Shown here in pieces: positions 19,739 to 31,870 of a DNA stretch of 64,000 nt (within the stretch, counting starts at the first letter, position 1; each line of letters starts with the position of its first letter). The translations under genes were made by a program, and so were the position numbers. The notes below the pieces were generated by a model, which was given only the letters and a program-made list of their open reading frames with translations, had not been told where the DNA came from and made no database searches. Origin of the DNA: Pachysolen tannophilus NRRL Y-2460 (lineage: Eukaryota); NCBI GenBank assembly GCA_001661245.1, contig KV454011.1:186001-250000 (forward strand), written 5' to 3'.

Positions 19739-21130
19739 ATGGAAGAAGCCAAGGTTATTCCTCAAAAGAGGCCTGCTTCAGAGGCACCTGAGAAGGAGCA
19801 GACTCCTTTGAAGCAACATCATTACTCGACACGATCTACTACTGCATCTCATGATAACGATAAACAAATTGTACCAAGATTGAAACCATTGCCATATACC
19901 ACTCAGGACTTGTATAATGAATTGAAACCACCACATAAAATTGAGATTATTAACTTGCTTCCTTTGCTGAATGGCAAAGTTTTCTATACCACGGAGGATC
20001 ATCCTTTCAATAGGAGAGGTTTCAAGTATACTCCATGCAGACCTAATCCTTATTTGAAATCGTTGATGTATAGTACTACAGATTTACCACCTTATGATGT
20101 TCGAATTAGTTATTTTGACAGGTCACAAGGATGCTATATGGATGATCAAATGAAGGCAATAACTACTGATCAAGGTTGGAGAACTGCCAGGACAAACATT
20201 GGATTGAGGGAGGGAAATTATTACATGGAATTTAAAATTTTAAGAGCAAATGATTTTAACGAGAATGACTGTCACGTAAGAATTGGAATAGGAAGAAAAG
20301 AAGCATCCATGGAGGCACCAATTGGTTTTGATGGATATGGTTATGGATTAAGAGATAAAACAGGGCAAAAACTACACTTAAGCAGACCTGTGGAATTTAT
20401 GAAAGGAGGTTTTAGAACCGGTGATGTTATTGGAATGTTGGTCGAATTGCCTAGCTTGGATATACAGAGAAAAATATGTGATCTTCAAATTAAGAATAAG
20501 ATCAAATCGGATCCTTGTGAAGTAACTCTTGATGGTAATAGTGAAATTGAATATGACAAGGATATTGTAAGGGATCAGATTCCAATAAAATATAAGAGTC
20601 AGTTATATTTTGAACAATATGAATATACTCCAACAACACGGATGCAGCACTTGTTAAATCCAGTTACTGTGTTTGGAGAAAAAGCGATTCCTGATAAAGA
20701 TAAATTCAAACCTGCAATCTTACCAAACTCCAAACTATCTTTTTATAAAAATGGAGAGTTTGTCGGTACCGCGTTTGAAAACCTCTATTGTTTTTTACCG
20801 CCAAACTCTGAACAATCACAAAATCCAATTATCAGTTCACTCAAGGGTAAACATTCTAAACTAGGTAACGACGCAGACTCTTTCCCAGTTGTTCATGATG
20901 ATGGATCCTTGGGTTATTACCCAATGCTAAGTTGTTTCAAAAATGGGTGTGTGGAAATTAACCCAGGTCCCAATTTTGAATGTATTTCAGATGAAAGTTT
21001 GAAACAAAAATTGGCAGACAACCAAATCAAAAGTCTTAGTGAGAGGTATAATGAAAAAGTTGTTGAGGATATAGTTTTTGACATCATTGATGAAATCGAA
21101 TCAGAATATTTGGATGCTTTAGAAGCATAA
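19739..21130 (+). CDS. BRE2: COMPASS subunit Bre2/Ash2 (SPRY domain)
   Basis: PFNRRGFKY, GWRTARTN, EAPIGFDGYGYGLRD, RDQIPIKYKSQLYFE, LGYYPMLS; first real ATG at 19739. Confidence 0.92.
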   Translation: MEEAKVIPQKRPASEAPEKEQTPLKQHHYSTRSTTASHDNDKQIVPRLKPLPYTTQDLYNELKPPHKIEIINLLPLLNGKVFYTTEDHPFNRRGFKYTPCRPNPYLKSLMYSTTDLPPYDVRISYFDRSQGCYMDDQMKAITTDQGWRTARTNIGLREGNYYMEFKILRANDFNENDCHVRIGIGRKEASMEAPIGFDGYGYGLRDKTGQKLHLSRPVEFMKGGFRTGDVIGMLVELPSLDIQRKICDLQIKNKIKSDPCEVTLDGNSEIEYDKDIVRDQIPIKYKSQLYFEQYEYTPTTRMQHLLNPVTVFGEKAIPDKDKFKPAILPNSKLSFYKNGEFVGTAFENLYCFLPPNSEQSQNPIISSLKGKHSKLGNDADSFPVVHDDGSLGYYPMLSCFKNGCVEINPGPNFECISDESLKQKLADNQIKSLSERYNEKVVEDIVFDIIDEIESEYLDALEA

Positions 21131-21215
21131 AAATGTTATTGTTCAGAGAAAAAAGAAAAAAAAACAATTAATGCATGAAGCTTTTTTATATAAAATATAA
21201 ATGTAACTTAGTAAC

Positions 21216-22040
21216 TTAGCTTGGTTCTATACCAAACCTGATCAAATTATTCTCATTCCAATCATCTCTGTTTGGCCAATTACTCATACAATTTTCATTT
21301 GGACAAGTGGTAGAGTTTTGTGATTGAAAATATTCTTTACCACATGTGCTGTGAAACCTTATAAAGCAACTATTATTTTTACATTTAATACCAGAAATTG
21401 CAATATTCGAGCACCTTTTACATAAACTTACTAACCCATTAATATTTTCCAGATTTTTTTCCCCGTAACGTTCAAGTAAATTTGGTTTCAACTCCACCAA
21501 AGATCTCACTGATAATGAATATGTATCCGTTGTGGTATTATGTTCAAACCATCCATTATCAACGAGTTCACCCAAGAAACTTTTAACTTCCTTCATCGTC
21601 TTCGAAGACGAGGGAGATTGATAAATAATATTTTGAGCAGTGGGGGCCCTAATGGCATATGTCTCGTCCTCATCTTCCATTATCATATCTATAATATCAT
21701 TGATATACTTGATTTCATTCGGACCGTACTTGGTCAATAACCTGCTTATCTTATCGCTAAGCGTATTCACAAATAAATAATAATTTCTATTTGTATGCTG
21801 ATTCTTAAATTTTCTAATCTCAAAATTCAACTCATGAATATTCTCATTGATCAGAGTTATACATTTCTCTGCTTCCTCCTGGTAATCAACCATATCAGTA
21901 TTAGCATCAGGCTGATCCAACAAATATAACCGTTTAAACACTTGTTCAATAAAAATCTCTGTGCTGATAAATCTCACACTCATCATATATTGCACCACAG
22001 CCTTGTGCAAGTCCGTTAAAGCTACCACCTCTTCAGACAT
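21216..22040 (-). CDS. NSE1: Smc5/6 subunit Nse1 (winged helix + C-terminal RING-like)
   Basis: YYLFVNT, LVDNGWF...YSLSVRSLVELKPNL, C-x2-C...CKNNSC...H..C...CPNENC...W. Confidence 0.87.
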   Translation of the reverse strand: MSEEVVALTDLHKAVVQYMMSVRFISTEIFIEQVFKRLYLLDQPDANTDMVDYQEEAEKCITLINENIHELNFEIRKFKNQHTNRNYYLFVNTLSDKISRLLTKYGPNEIKYINDIIDMIMEDEDETYAIRAPTAQNIIYQSPSSSKTMKEVKSFLGELVDNGWFEHNTTTDTYSLSVRSLVELKPNLLERYGEKNLENINGLVSLCKRCSNIAISGIKCKNNSCFIRFHSTCGKEYFQSQNSTTCPNENCMSNWPNRDDWNENNLIRFGIEPS

Positions 22041-22192
22041 CTCCTCTGACCATTAACCTTAAGTTCAGCTGAATCACAGTTCTCTTCTCTTTAACTTCAA
22101 AGTCATTCTGATCAGCGCGTACCCATTTTTCTGTTTGTTTTTTGTTTGTTTTTTTTTTTTGGCCCTACAAAAAAAAATAACTTTCTCCTACT

Positions 22193-22361
22193 CGGAGATG
22201 CTTTGACCTTAAATCTTTTCAGAACAGGAGAATTTCTGCTATAATCGGAGAAGAAAAAAGAAAAAAAGATTTTGGAGATTTTAGAAGACTTTTCAAAGAT
22301 TTCCGGAGAATTAGTTTTGGAAATCTTAAAGGAAAACGGAGAAGTTGACGGAGAACGGAGT
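22193..22361 (+). promoter_or_regulatory. Co-oriented array of CGGAG(A) motifs in the NSE1/F-box divergent intergenic region
   Basis: CGGAGA at 22193, 22246, 22304, 22337, 22349; CGGAGT at 22356; AGGAGA at 22226; TGGAGA at 22273. Confidence 0.55.
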
Positions 22362-22610
22362 TCTTTTATACCCGTTAGGCGATGGATTGGTGGTGTTGGA
22401 AGGTGATGAGGACATATATATATATATATATATATAAATATGTGATATATGAAAGGTATAACTGGTATATTTGTTCATCTTGAGAATCATTGAGCTTATA
22501 TTTCCATTGGCAATAGCCTTGGAGGTGGAAAGAATAGTAGCTGGGTTTTTTTTGTCTTTTATTTTTGCGTTTGTTTTGGTTATTTGAAAAGCGGCAAACT
22601 CATATCCAAG

Positions 22611-24173
22611 ATGAGTTCTGGGTTGGGACCAGGAACTAAGAAATTGGACAGATTACCATTAGAGATTTTGAATAAGATTTGCTCTAAATTGACTAAAAAT
22701 GATGTTTTGAGTCTATGTTTGACTTCTAAAGCGTTTCTCCGGCCTTCTATGGCAAGGTTATATCATTCGATAACTATAATAGACAGTGGTATTTTCCATG
22801 ATTCAAATATTTCTCATTTGGAGATTTTAGGATTTTATTATAATAAACATTCAACGACAACAACTGTTGTGAAGCATAATTTAGAATTGTTGATTAGGAG
22901 CTTACTTTATTTAAACCGTGAGAACATCAAGTTGATAAAAGAAGTCAATTGTTTTAGTAACAATGAGATGAGTTATAGGTTGGTTGAAAAACTTATGAAT
23001 TTACTTCTGTTGAAATTATCATTGAAAAGGTTATGTTTACCTGTTTTCACAGAAAAAATGTTGAAATTTGATCAAGAATGTATAACTTGTTTAAGTATTA
23101 GTGGTACTTTTAATCATGTATTTGCCAATACAGATGAAGCTTTATCATGTCCTAATTTGGAATCTTTGCATTTAAGATCAGCTCTTGATAGTTATTGGGT
23201 TCATGTATTGGATAGCATTAAAGGTTATGAAAATGTTAAAACTTTAAAATTATCGGGAAATTCTATTGATGATGATTATGATGATTATGTACATCAAGGT
23301 CATGCAGAAGAAATTGAATCATTTTTCAGACTTTCTTCAATTTTTAATGATCATAAGGTTAAATTTAAAAATTTGAAAACATTGATTTTCCAAAAGATGA
23401 ATTTTCAATATCGGGCTTCAGAGTTCCCATTTCTTGATTATTCTCTTGATTTAAGTTTTATAAATTTTGAAAATTTAGAAGGTTTGGTAATTGTTGAATG
23501 TGGTAAAGGTTGTTTAGTAGATATTTCTGATAAGCAAAAATCTAAAGAAGGAATTTCTAAAATTTTTAATCAAAATGTTATAAAAAATTTAAAACTTTTC
23601 ATTTATGAAAATGGAGGAGGTTTATTTAATAAGGCTAATATTAGTCAAATGGAAAAATTAGAAAAATTACACCTTTCCAAAAGTAATTTTTTCAAATTTA
23701 ATGAAATGTTGAAAACTATAAAAAATTTGAAAAATTTAACAATGATTTCATATAATGATGAAGATTTAATTAAACATTTTTGTGACATTATTAGTAGTCA
23801 ATTTGTTGCAAATGATAAATTTTCACAAAGATTCTTAACAGACTACCAGTTTAAACCAACAACCCCAAGATCAAAGTATTCATCCAAAGAATTAAACTAT
23901 TTATTTAATTCTTACCAGATTGCAACAGATTATTTCAACGTCAATTTTCAAAACGACATTAACCCATTCGAAGATCTATATTTTAACGACAAAAGTTTTA
24001 TAAACCAATTCTTTAAAGAAGTGTTTAAACCTTTTAAAGATGAAATTATTCCAAGATTTCTCCCTCTTGCAAGCAAGATTTTCGAAACAAACTCAAACAT
24101 AACATATGTCAAGATATGTGCAATAGGCTTCAAATACAATCGGAAACTCGGCACCTGTTATATGGACAACTGA
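22611..24173 (+). CDS. F-box protein with LRR-like C-terminal region, lineage-specific
   Basis: F-box LDRLPLEILNKICSKLTKNDVLSLCLTSKAF...ARLY; LxxLxL repeats (PNLESLHL, NLKTLIF, KLEKLHL); ATG at 22611. Confidence 0.8.
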   Translation: MSSGLGPGTKKLDRLPLEILNKICSKLTKNDVLSLCLTSKAFLRPSMARLYHSITIIDSGIFHDSNISHLEILGFYYNKHSTTTTVVKHNLELLIRSLLYLNRENIKLIKEVNCFSNNEMSYRLVEKLMNLLLLKLSLKRLCLPVFTEKMLKFDQECITCLSISGTFNHVFANTDEALSCPNLESLHLRSALDSYWVHVLDSIKGYENVKTLKLSGNSIDDDYDDYVHQGHAEEIESFFRLSSIFNDHKVKFKNLKTLIFQKMNFQYRASEFPFLDYSLDLSFINFENLEGLVIVECGKGCLVDISDKQKSKEGISKIFNQNVIKNLKLFIYENGGGLFNKANISQMEKLEKLHLSKSNFFKFNEMLKTIKNLKNLTMISYNDEDLIKHFCDIISSQFVANDKFSQRFLTDYQFKPTTPRSKYSSKELNYLFNSYQIATDYFNVNFQNDINPFEDLYFNDKSFINQFFKEVFKPFKDEIIPRFLPLASKIFETNSNITYVKICAIGFKYNRKLGTCYMDN

Positions 24174-24827
24174 AAGCTGAACGCTACAAGGCTAAAAGCT
24201 ACAAGGCTTTAAACTTTTCATTTTTCATTTTTTTGGTTTTTTTTTTTGCTTTTCATCTTTTTTAATCATATTTATTTGTATTCAATGCTTGGTTATGGAC
24301 AGGACGGTTTTAGCTTTTTTATCATCTATAGGAACATATTTATTTTAATTATTTGAACACTTTTTTTTTTTATTTTTTTTATTTTTTTTAGCTTTACTCT
24401 ACATCTCTCATACATTGACTATTATCTCGCTACTTGATATCCATTTTCCTACTACTTCTAACCTGTCAATTTCAACTCTTTTATCGTTGTCGTTGTCGTT
24501 GTCTTTGAAATTACCTCCAAAAAAATCATGGTCGTGCGCAAAATCACCAATTGTTTTATTTGGTGAACGAAGGGTAGTAAACACAGTAAACAGGAAATAT
24601 TATATTGTTAATCTATAAATTTATAATTAAATTAACAAATACTTGTTTTAAAAAAAACTAGCACTTGTATTGGTTTTTAGTTCATAGGAGCTATTATTAG
24701 AGGTTGTAATTTATATCTACTGGAGGTAACTTGGTAGAAACATTTTTTTTTTTTTTATATATATTAATTTTATTTTTTTTTGTATTTTTGGATTTTGGAT
24801 TGAAGAAGGTTTGGATTTGACTTGACA

Positions 24828-25619
24828 ATGGCGTTTAACTACAATCAACAGCAGAACCCACAATACAATACTTATAAACCAAATAATTTGGAGTTTTACC
24901 AGTATTCTGGTCAGCAGCAAAATCAGCAGTATCTGGCGAACAGTTTTGTTAATCCTGGTCTTTCAGGACCAATGACGAATACTTTTAATCCTACTTCTGC
25001 TACTACTGTTGGTGATTTAACTGGATCTATTGGTGATACTCAATTGTCCCATGGGATCTTGGCTGCGTTTTCTACTTCAGGATATCCTGGAGAGGCTCCA
25101 TTATTGGAAGAATTGGGGATAAATTTCCAGCATATTAAGATGAAAACCCTAGCGGTTTTAAATTTTAGATCAAAGAATTTGGTTAATAATCCAGAGATAT
25201 TAGGTGATAGTGATCTTGCAGGACCGATTTTATTTGGTGTGATGTTAGGTGCTTTCTTATTGCTCAATGGTAAATTTCATTTCAGTTATATCTACGGTGT
25301 CGATCTTATTGGTATTATTTCTTTACATCAATTGTTTAAATTAATGGCAAATAGCGAAGTGGAAAATATCGATATTATTAAAACTGGCTCAGTTATAGGT
25401 TATTGCTTATTACCCTTGGTAATATTAAGTGGGATCAATGTTGTCATCAATTTGAATAATTTCCTTGGGTACATCTTGACTGGATTGTTCATCTTTTGGT
25501 GTACTTTTTCATCTAGTTACTTCTTCATGGTGGCATTCAAATTGAGTAACGTCAGAATCTTGATTGCATACCCATTGGCTATCCTATATAGTATATTTGC
25601 ATTGTTCATTATTTTCTAA
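24828..25619 (+). CDS. YIP1: Yip1 ER-Golgi trafficking membrane protein
   Basis: AAFSTSGYPGEAPLLEELGINFQHI, DSDLAGP, GKFHFSYIYG, SVIGYCLLPLV; next to MSM1. Confidence 0.94.
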   Translation: MAFNYNQQQNPQYNTYKPNNLEFYQYSGQQQNQQYLANSFVNPGLSGPMTNTFNPTSATTVGDLTGSIGDTQLSHGILAAFSTSGYPGEAPLLEELGINFQHIKMKTLAVLNFRSKNLVNNPEILGDSDLAGPILFGVMLGAFLLLNGKFHFSYIYGVDLIGIISLHQLFKLMANSEVENIDIIKTGSVIGYCLLPLVILSGINVVINLNNFLGYILTGLFIFWCTFSSSYFFMVAFKLSNVRILIAYPLAILYSIFALFIIF

Positions 25620-25859
25620 TCGAGCTTTTTTCTATCTATCTTTATCCATATATATATATATATATATTTATATTCATATTTATGTAATGATCTGAACACT
25701 TTTATTGATTGCATTTGAAAAGTAGATTAAATGAGTTTGTTTTCTTTTTCATTTTTTTTTTTTTTCAACTAATTGTAGAAAATGAAAAAGTAAAAAACCT
25801 GTAAAAATATCAGCTCAGTTTCTCTCTATTATATACTTTTCCCATGAACAATAAATATA

Positions 25860-27680
25860 ATGATAAGAGTATCAACGGTTTCATGTTCCTTCACAGGTAA
25901 TGCCAGTATAGGGTCCACCTATAGAGGTTTTAAAATTTTTTCAATTGCACTTTCATCCAGCGTTAAAAATCCACTTTCTTCAAATACTACAAGTATTACC
26001 AAACCTTACTATATCACTACACCAATTTTTTATGTTAATGCAGCACCTCATCTTGGCCATTTATATTCCATGTTACTTTGTGATATCAAGACCCGTTGGG
26101 TGAGATTATCAGGGAAACCTCTGTTTTTCACCACTGGTACGGATGAACATGGTTTAAAAGTTCAGATTGCATCAGAGAAAAATGATAAAAAAAATCCAAA
26201 AGAATTTTGTGATGAGTTATCAGTTACTTTCAAAGAATTAGCAAAATTGACGAATATTAACTATGATAGGTTTATCAGAACTACGGATGATGATCATTTA
26301 CAAGCAGTTAAGAAATTTTGGGATATTGTTTATGAAAAAGGTTATATTTATAAAGGTCAACATTCAGGATGGTACTCAGTTAGTGATGAAACTTTTTACC
26401 CAGAAACCCAAATAGAACTGAAAATTGATCCATTGACAAATAAAGAAAAATTTTATTCTAAAGAAACAGGTACTGAAGTGATTTATGAAACGGAGGAAAA
26501 TTATTTTTTTAAATTATCAAAGTTTAGACAACCATTAATTGAATTGTTGAAACAAAATCAAAATTTCATAATACCAAGAAATTACTATGAAATAATTTTA
26601 AAAGAATTAGAATCTGAAGAATTACAAGATTTGTCAATTTCAAGGCCTTACTCAAGATTAAAGTGGGGGATCCAGGTTCCTGAAGATCCTTCACAAGTTA
26701 TCTATGTCTGGTTTGATGCATTAGTCAATTATTTGACAAGTACTGGATTCCCATGGTCTCCAACATCTTTAATACAAAAACTGCCTTTGAATAATCCATG
26801 GCCCGCATCACATTTAATTGGTAAAGATATTAGTAGGTTTCATTGTATCTACTGGCCAAGCTTCCTAATGGCTGCTGGAATCGAACTACCGAAGCAAGTA
26901 ATTGTTCATGGTCACTGGTTAATGGGTGGTTCAAAAATGAGCAAAAGTAAAGGAAACATTGCAGACCCAATAGAAATGGCAAATTACTATGGTACAGAAA
27001 GCTTGAGATTTTTTTTAAGTGAAAATTCTGTCTTATCGAGTGACTGTGATTTCACAGAATCAAGATTAAACTTATCTCGTAATCAGTTTATCGACAAGAT
27101 TTGTAATTTAATGCTCAGATCTTTGAGTAAGAATTTCAGTATCGAAAGAGCATTGTCAAAGTATGAATCAGGTTTGTATACAAATGAACAATTCATAAAA
27201 AGTTTCGATAATCCACAAGCTGAAAAAAGTATTAAAAGCATAACTGCAGATTTAAATGTATTGTACGAACGCATGGATGAAGAAATGAAAACTTTCACCA
27301 CTCATAAGGCGATTAATGAAATTTGGAAAATCGTTCTTAAAGCTAATCTGTTGTTCAATGATGCAAAACCATGGACGTTTAAAAATGTTCAAGATTCACA
27401 AAAAGAAGTTTCTTTAATTGAAGATCCATTATCGAAACAAGATTTAATAATTTTTTTATCTTTAGAAACTATTAGAATATGTTCTATTTTACTTCAGCCA
27501 TTTATACCTGAACTATCTAATCAACTCTTAGACAGATTGAAAGTCGATTCTGATAAAAGAATGGCAAAATTTGCCAAAGTTGGTAAAGACTTAACTTATG
27601 GTAAAGGTGTGGTATTCACAAAAGGTTCAGAAGTACCACTAGTCAAGCTTCCACTAAGAGAAGGTGCATTAAATGTTTAA
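25860..27680 (+). CDS. MSM1: Mitochondrial methionyl-tRNA synthetase
   Basis: ITTPIFYVNAAPHLGH, TGTDEHG, YVWFDAL, KMSKS; Ser/Arg-rich presequence. Confidence 0.95.
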   Translation: MIRVSTVSCSFTGNASIGSTYRGFKIFSIALSSSVKNPLSSNTTSITKPYYITTPIFYVNAAPHLGHLYSMLLCDIKTRWVRLSGKPLFFTTGTDEHGLKVQIASEKNDKKNPKEFCDELSVTFKELAKLTNINYDRFIRTTDDDHLQAVKKFWDIVYEKGYIYKGQHSGWYSVSDETFYPETQIELKIDPLTNKEKFYSKETGTEVIYETEENYFFKLSKFRQPLIELLKQNQNFIIPRNYYEIILKELESEELQDLSISRPYSRLKWGIQVPEDPSQVIYVWFDALVNYLTSTGFPWSPTSLIQKLPLNNPWPASHLIGKDISRFHCIYWPSFLMAAGIELPKQVIVHGHWLMGGSKMSKSKGNIADPIEMANYYGTESLRFFLSENSVLSSDCDFTESRLNLSRNQFIDKICNLMLRSLSKNFSIERALSKYESGLYTNEQFIKSFDNPQAEKSIKSITADLNVLYERMDEEMKTFTTHKAINEIWKIVLKANLLFNDAKPWTFKNVQDSQKEVSLIEDPLSKQDLIIFLSLETIRICSILLQPFIPELSNQLLDRLKVDSDKRMAKFAKVGKDLTYGKGVVFTKGSEVPLVKLPLREGALNV

Positions 27681-27797
27681 AATTAATTACTTTCTTTTGT
27701 ATATTACGTCTAAACTATCACATGTATATAAATGTATATAAACAAAATTATAAACCTATTGTTATAATATATGACCATTTTCAATTTTTAAAAATTA

Positions 27798-29428
27798 TTA
27801 AACACAATTAATGTCGACGACCTCGCATTCTAAAGTATCTGTATCCATTAAAACTATCTGTCCAGAAACGTCAAATCTAGGAATAGAGATTAACCTGATG
27901 CTATAATTCTTTTCTCCAGTGTTGTCAACTGGAAGATTCATCATTTTTGTTTCAAATTTTGGTTGATTACCTGCAAAGTAAACATGTGGAGTCTCTTCTA
28001 AAGTGAAAGGATCTGAATCATCATAAGGGTAGCACCACAATGTGTCTGGAGCAGTTGGTACAATGTTCTGCCATACCATTGTCGATTCTAATATTGGTAT
28101 TCTCGAATCTTCCTGGCACAATGTTAATAACTCTCCTTGATTTTCGTTGACAATTTTCAGAACTTCTTCTGCACCATTATGTTTCTGATTCTCTTCAACC
28201 AGATTTTGAATCTTTGATAGGGGCACCACATACTTAAAAATATCAGTTATGTTTTCACCAGAAGTACCCAATATCCTCCATCCATCTACTTCTAACCATG
28301 CTGGATTAGTTAATCTGTTTAACTGGTTTGTTTTCAAATATTTTTTATTATTATGGAAAAAAGATTGATGTAATGGAGCCTGTGGATACGCTATTTCCGC
28401 TGGATCTGATTCCCCAGGAAGAATTGATACCGGTAACGACACCAATATTTCTTGTAAAAAGCCATCTAAAATCTGAATTGCTTCTGAACTAAAATTAGAC
28501 TTATTTGCTCCTCTATATTTAGACTTCAAATCTTCTTGTCTATCCTGGTTAATTTCGCTTATCAGAGTTGAATTTCCTGCTATCACCAATCTAGTTATTT
28601 TTTTTGAATCATCTAGTAAAAATTCCCCAATAAGAAAATTTTTCAATAATTCCAACTTGACAATATCCAAATCTGCTGGATTGATACCCAATCCTGAAAC
28701 AAAAGCAATCTTGTTACCATTAGTCCTTTCGGAAAATTTTTCATTGGTAATTTGTCTAGGTAATTGGGGTGCAGCATCTGGATAACAAATATCTACAACT
28801 TCAAATATACCAGATTTTATCTCTGCACCCAATAAACCTACAACGTTTCCTGTAACCAATAATGTCTTACGTAGAAAATCACCTTCCAAAACTGTTCTTC
28901 CACTTTCATCTTCTATCATAAACTGATCTTCATCAGGATCACTGTAACTCTCCGGAGGAGGTGGTGGAGCACCATACATATTTTGAGCAACTTCTTTCAA
29001 CACATTTGGCTTATACTTTAAATCACTGAAAATTGTACCAATTATATAACATGGTCTATTACTCTCTGTATCTAATATCCTCTCTACATATTGAGGGGTT
29101 TGACCATCAACAAAATCATTTCCCCAAACTTCCTCACATTTACGAACTAATCTTTGCCTTAACAAGTTTAACCTATGGAAATACAACGAATTGAACTGTC
29201 TGTTAAATGCCCTTGAAGATTTTGGCAAGGTATATAAATTCTTGTTCTTATAATCTGTTGGTTCAAATGACACATTACGCTTCATACCTGTCGAACTCTT
29301 CTTGTTGTCGGATGACGATTCACTTTAAATATACATACAGTATTAATTAGTAAAAAATGTCACTATAACACTATTCAATACGATTTCAAATATACTCACT
29401 CATACGTAACCAAAAAATCAGAAGTCAT
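27798..29428 (-). CDS. POL31: DNA polymerase delta B subunit; short exon 1 from 29428, exon 2 from 29322
   Basis: IEDESGR, PTAPDTLWCYPY...DPF...PHVYFAGNQ. Intron donor GTGAGT (29399) or GTATGA (29405), branch TACTAAT (29346-29352), acceptor AAG (29323). MCB ACGCGT at 29558-29563. Confidence 0.92.
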
Positions 29429-29788
29429 TGCTTATCTTCAAGCAGACTGTTGCAAACATACAAATCTTTCAACCGATAAATATCAAGTCAAAAATAATAT
29501 GGAAAATAGGAAAATTACCATCTCTTCAATTTTTCACTTGATCTCTTGCTTTTAAAGACGCGTTCTCAGACAGAGAAAAGCAGGTGTGACATGTGACATG
29601 GCATGAAAACCAGAAAGGTGACGTGACACTTCTGTTTCCATTACAAAACTATTGCAAAACTACGACGAGAATCAACGATTCATTAAGATTTATTAATATA
29701 TATTTAAAATTGAACCTATACAAGTAACTCCCTAATAAACCCAAGAACACTAAGCTGCACTAAGCTGCAAAAAAAAAAAAAAATAAAG

Positions 29789-31870
29789 TTATAACCATTC
29801 AGCATCTTCTTCATCAGTGATGCCAAGGTCGAAGTTCATAGCAGCCTCTTCTGCCTTTTTTTGAACTTCGGTCAATCCAGTTAAATTCTCCAAATATTTC
29901 GAATCATTCAATGCCTCTTTAACAAACTCCCATCCTTTTTCTTTATATTCGCTTAATACGGCTAAGGAGCAGGCAGAACAATACTGGTAACTCGGTGCAC
30001 TTAGCTTGATGTTATTGAAATTATGTAAAAAACCTCTAATCTGGTGTGGTAATGATCCCAATATAGTGTCTGAGTCTGTACTCTTATCAGAAGAAGCCGG
30101 TGCATGTTGTCTCAAGGGATGTTGCAATATTGAAACTAAAAGTTCTACTGTCAACGCTGAGGCAATTAAAGCGGCTCCGGGTCTAGTGACAGTACACATT
30201 TGATCTAATGTTCGATCCGTTAAACTATCAGAAGGCGCCACAACGTCATTACAAAAATAACAACCTAATCTATTTTCTTTCTCAGTTTCAGTTTCAGTTT
30301 CCAGTGAAGCATCAAATTCTTTAGAAGAAACACATCCATGTCTCATAACCAAATAACTATCAAATCCCAAGGCTGCATTCATAACAATCTTATCTTTTAC
30401 ATTGGCAACAACCGTAGGTAACCATCTAGTTTCTCGAGAATCCATTAACAAAAAAATCACGTCATGCTCTTCAATCAACTTAATCAATAATTGATAGTCT
30501 CTTTCTTGTTTTGCCTCGTTTGTTATTGGATGTCCAGCCATCGGTACTTCCAAATCATATCCTTTTGAATTGACTGAAGGATATATTTCCTTTATTGCTT
30601 CTGCTGCTCTAATAGCTTTCGAAACACCACCATTAAGACAATCTTTAAATTGAAATAAAGGTTGTCTTACTGGGTTAGAAAAAGAAACTTTACCATTATC
30701 AATAAAAGTTATATTCCTAAAACCCCATCCTAGTAAGGCTCTTGCAACATATGAACCTAAAGTTCCTGCACCCAACAATAAACATTTGGTTTCTTTCAAG
30801 ACACTAAGATTTATCTCTGGGATAACTCTCCATTTCATCAATTTTAAATTTAAATCAACTGCCTGATCAGCTAATTGTACAGGGTTGATTAATGAGCCTA
30901 AATCTGCAAGTTTTGGTCCCAATTTCCCCTGAGAAGTCCTTTCCCAACCTGTTACCTTTGGCATCTCGGATTTTAATATATTTTCTGGTGAAGAAACTAA
31001 ATCCAATATAAAACTTGAACTGGTGACTCGATAAACTAATACTTTAACTTTAGTATAACCATAAATATTTAACATAGTTAAACAATTTTGTAAACCCCAC
31101 GAGACATTTTTACCCACACAGCAAGTATCTACCATACCAATAAATATTTCATTATCATCATTATTTATAATCTGTGATAAAGATTTGATTACAATGTTCT
31201 CATTATCGTTATTAGTTTCATCTATAAGGAAAAATTGTTCATTCTTACCACTTGTAATCCATTCCTTCACAGCGGAATCAAATCTTGTAACTTTATCTTC
31301 TAAATTCTCCAATAACCAATCGGAGTGCAATAGGGGGAAATTGAACCAGTAATAGAATTTATATTTTTTCAAATCAGAAAATGCCAAAATTGTGAAACTA
31401 GTCAATTGGTTTAATTTTTCCAAAATCGATCTATCCACAATTGTTTCATATAATCTAGCACCTTGTTTTTTCAAAAAATCATTTTTATTAATTTTCTTAA
31501 AATCTTCAATTGTGTTAAGATTGAACAAGAAACCTTGAGTAATAAAATTTGAATTCTCGGGTCTATTAAATTAAAATAAATGAATTTAGTTAATAATCAA
31601 ATTCTGCAAAACCAAAAAAAACAAAAAAAGAAGTAATACTTACGATGCTTCGCTAAATTCATCAAAACTGGCAAAACTCAAATCGTTTAACGTTATAATC
31701 GGACCCTGTTCCCTCCCAATAGTTTTAAAATCATATGAACCATAAACAGTCTTAGAAGATGTATCTAACCTGTAGTCATTTAATTTTAAATCTGATAACT
31801 TTTGGAAAAATGAAGAGTCAACAAAAGAATGCGGACTAATAAACTCCAATTTACGTGACATATCTGACAT
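29789..31870 (-). CDS. ATG7: Autophagy E1-like enzyme; exons 31870-31644 and 31562-29789
   Basis: DSSFFQKLSDLKLN, DLKKYKFYYWF, GAGTLG, VSFSNPVRQ, RTLDQMCTVTRPG. Intron GTAAGT (31643)...TATTAAC...TAG (31563) joins the two ORFs in frame. Confidence 0.95.
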
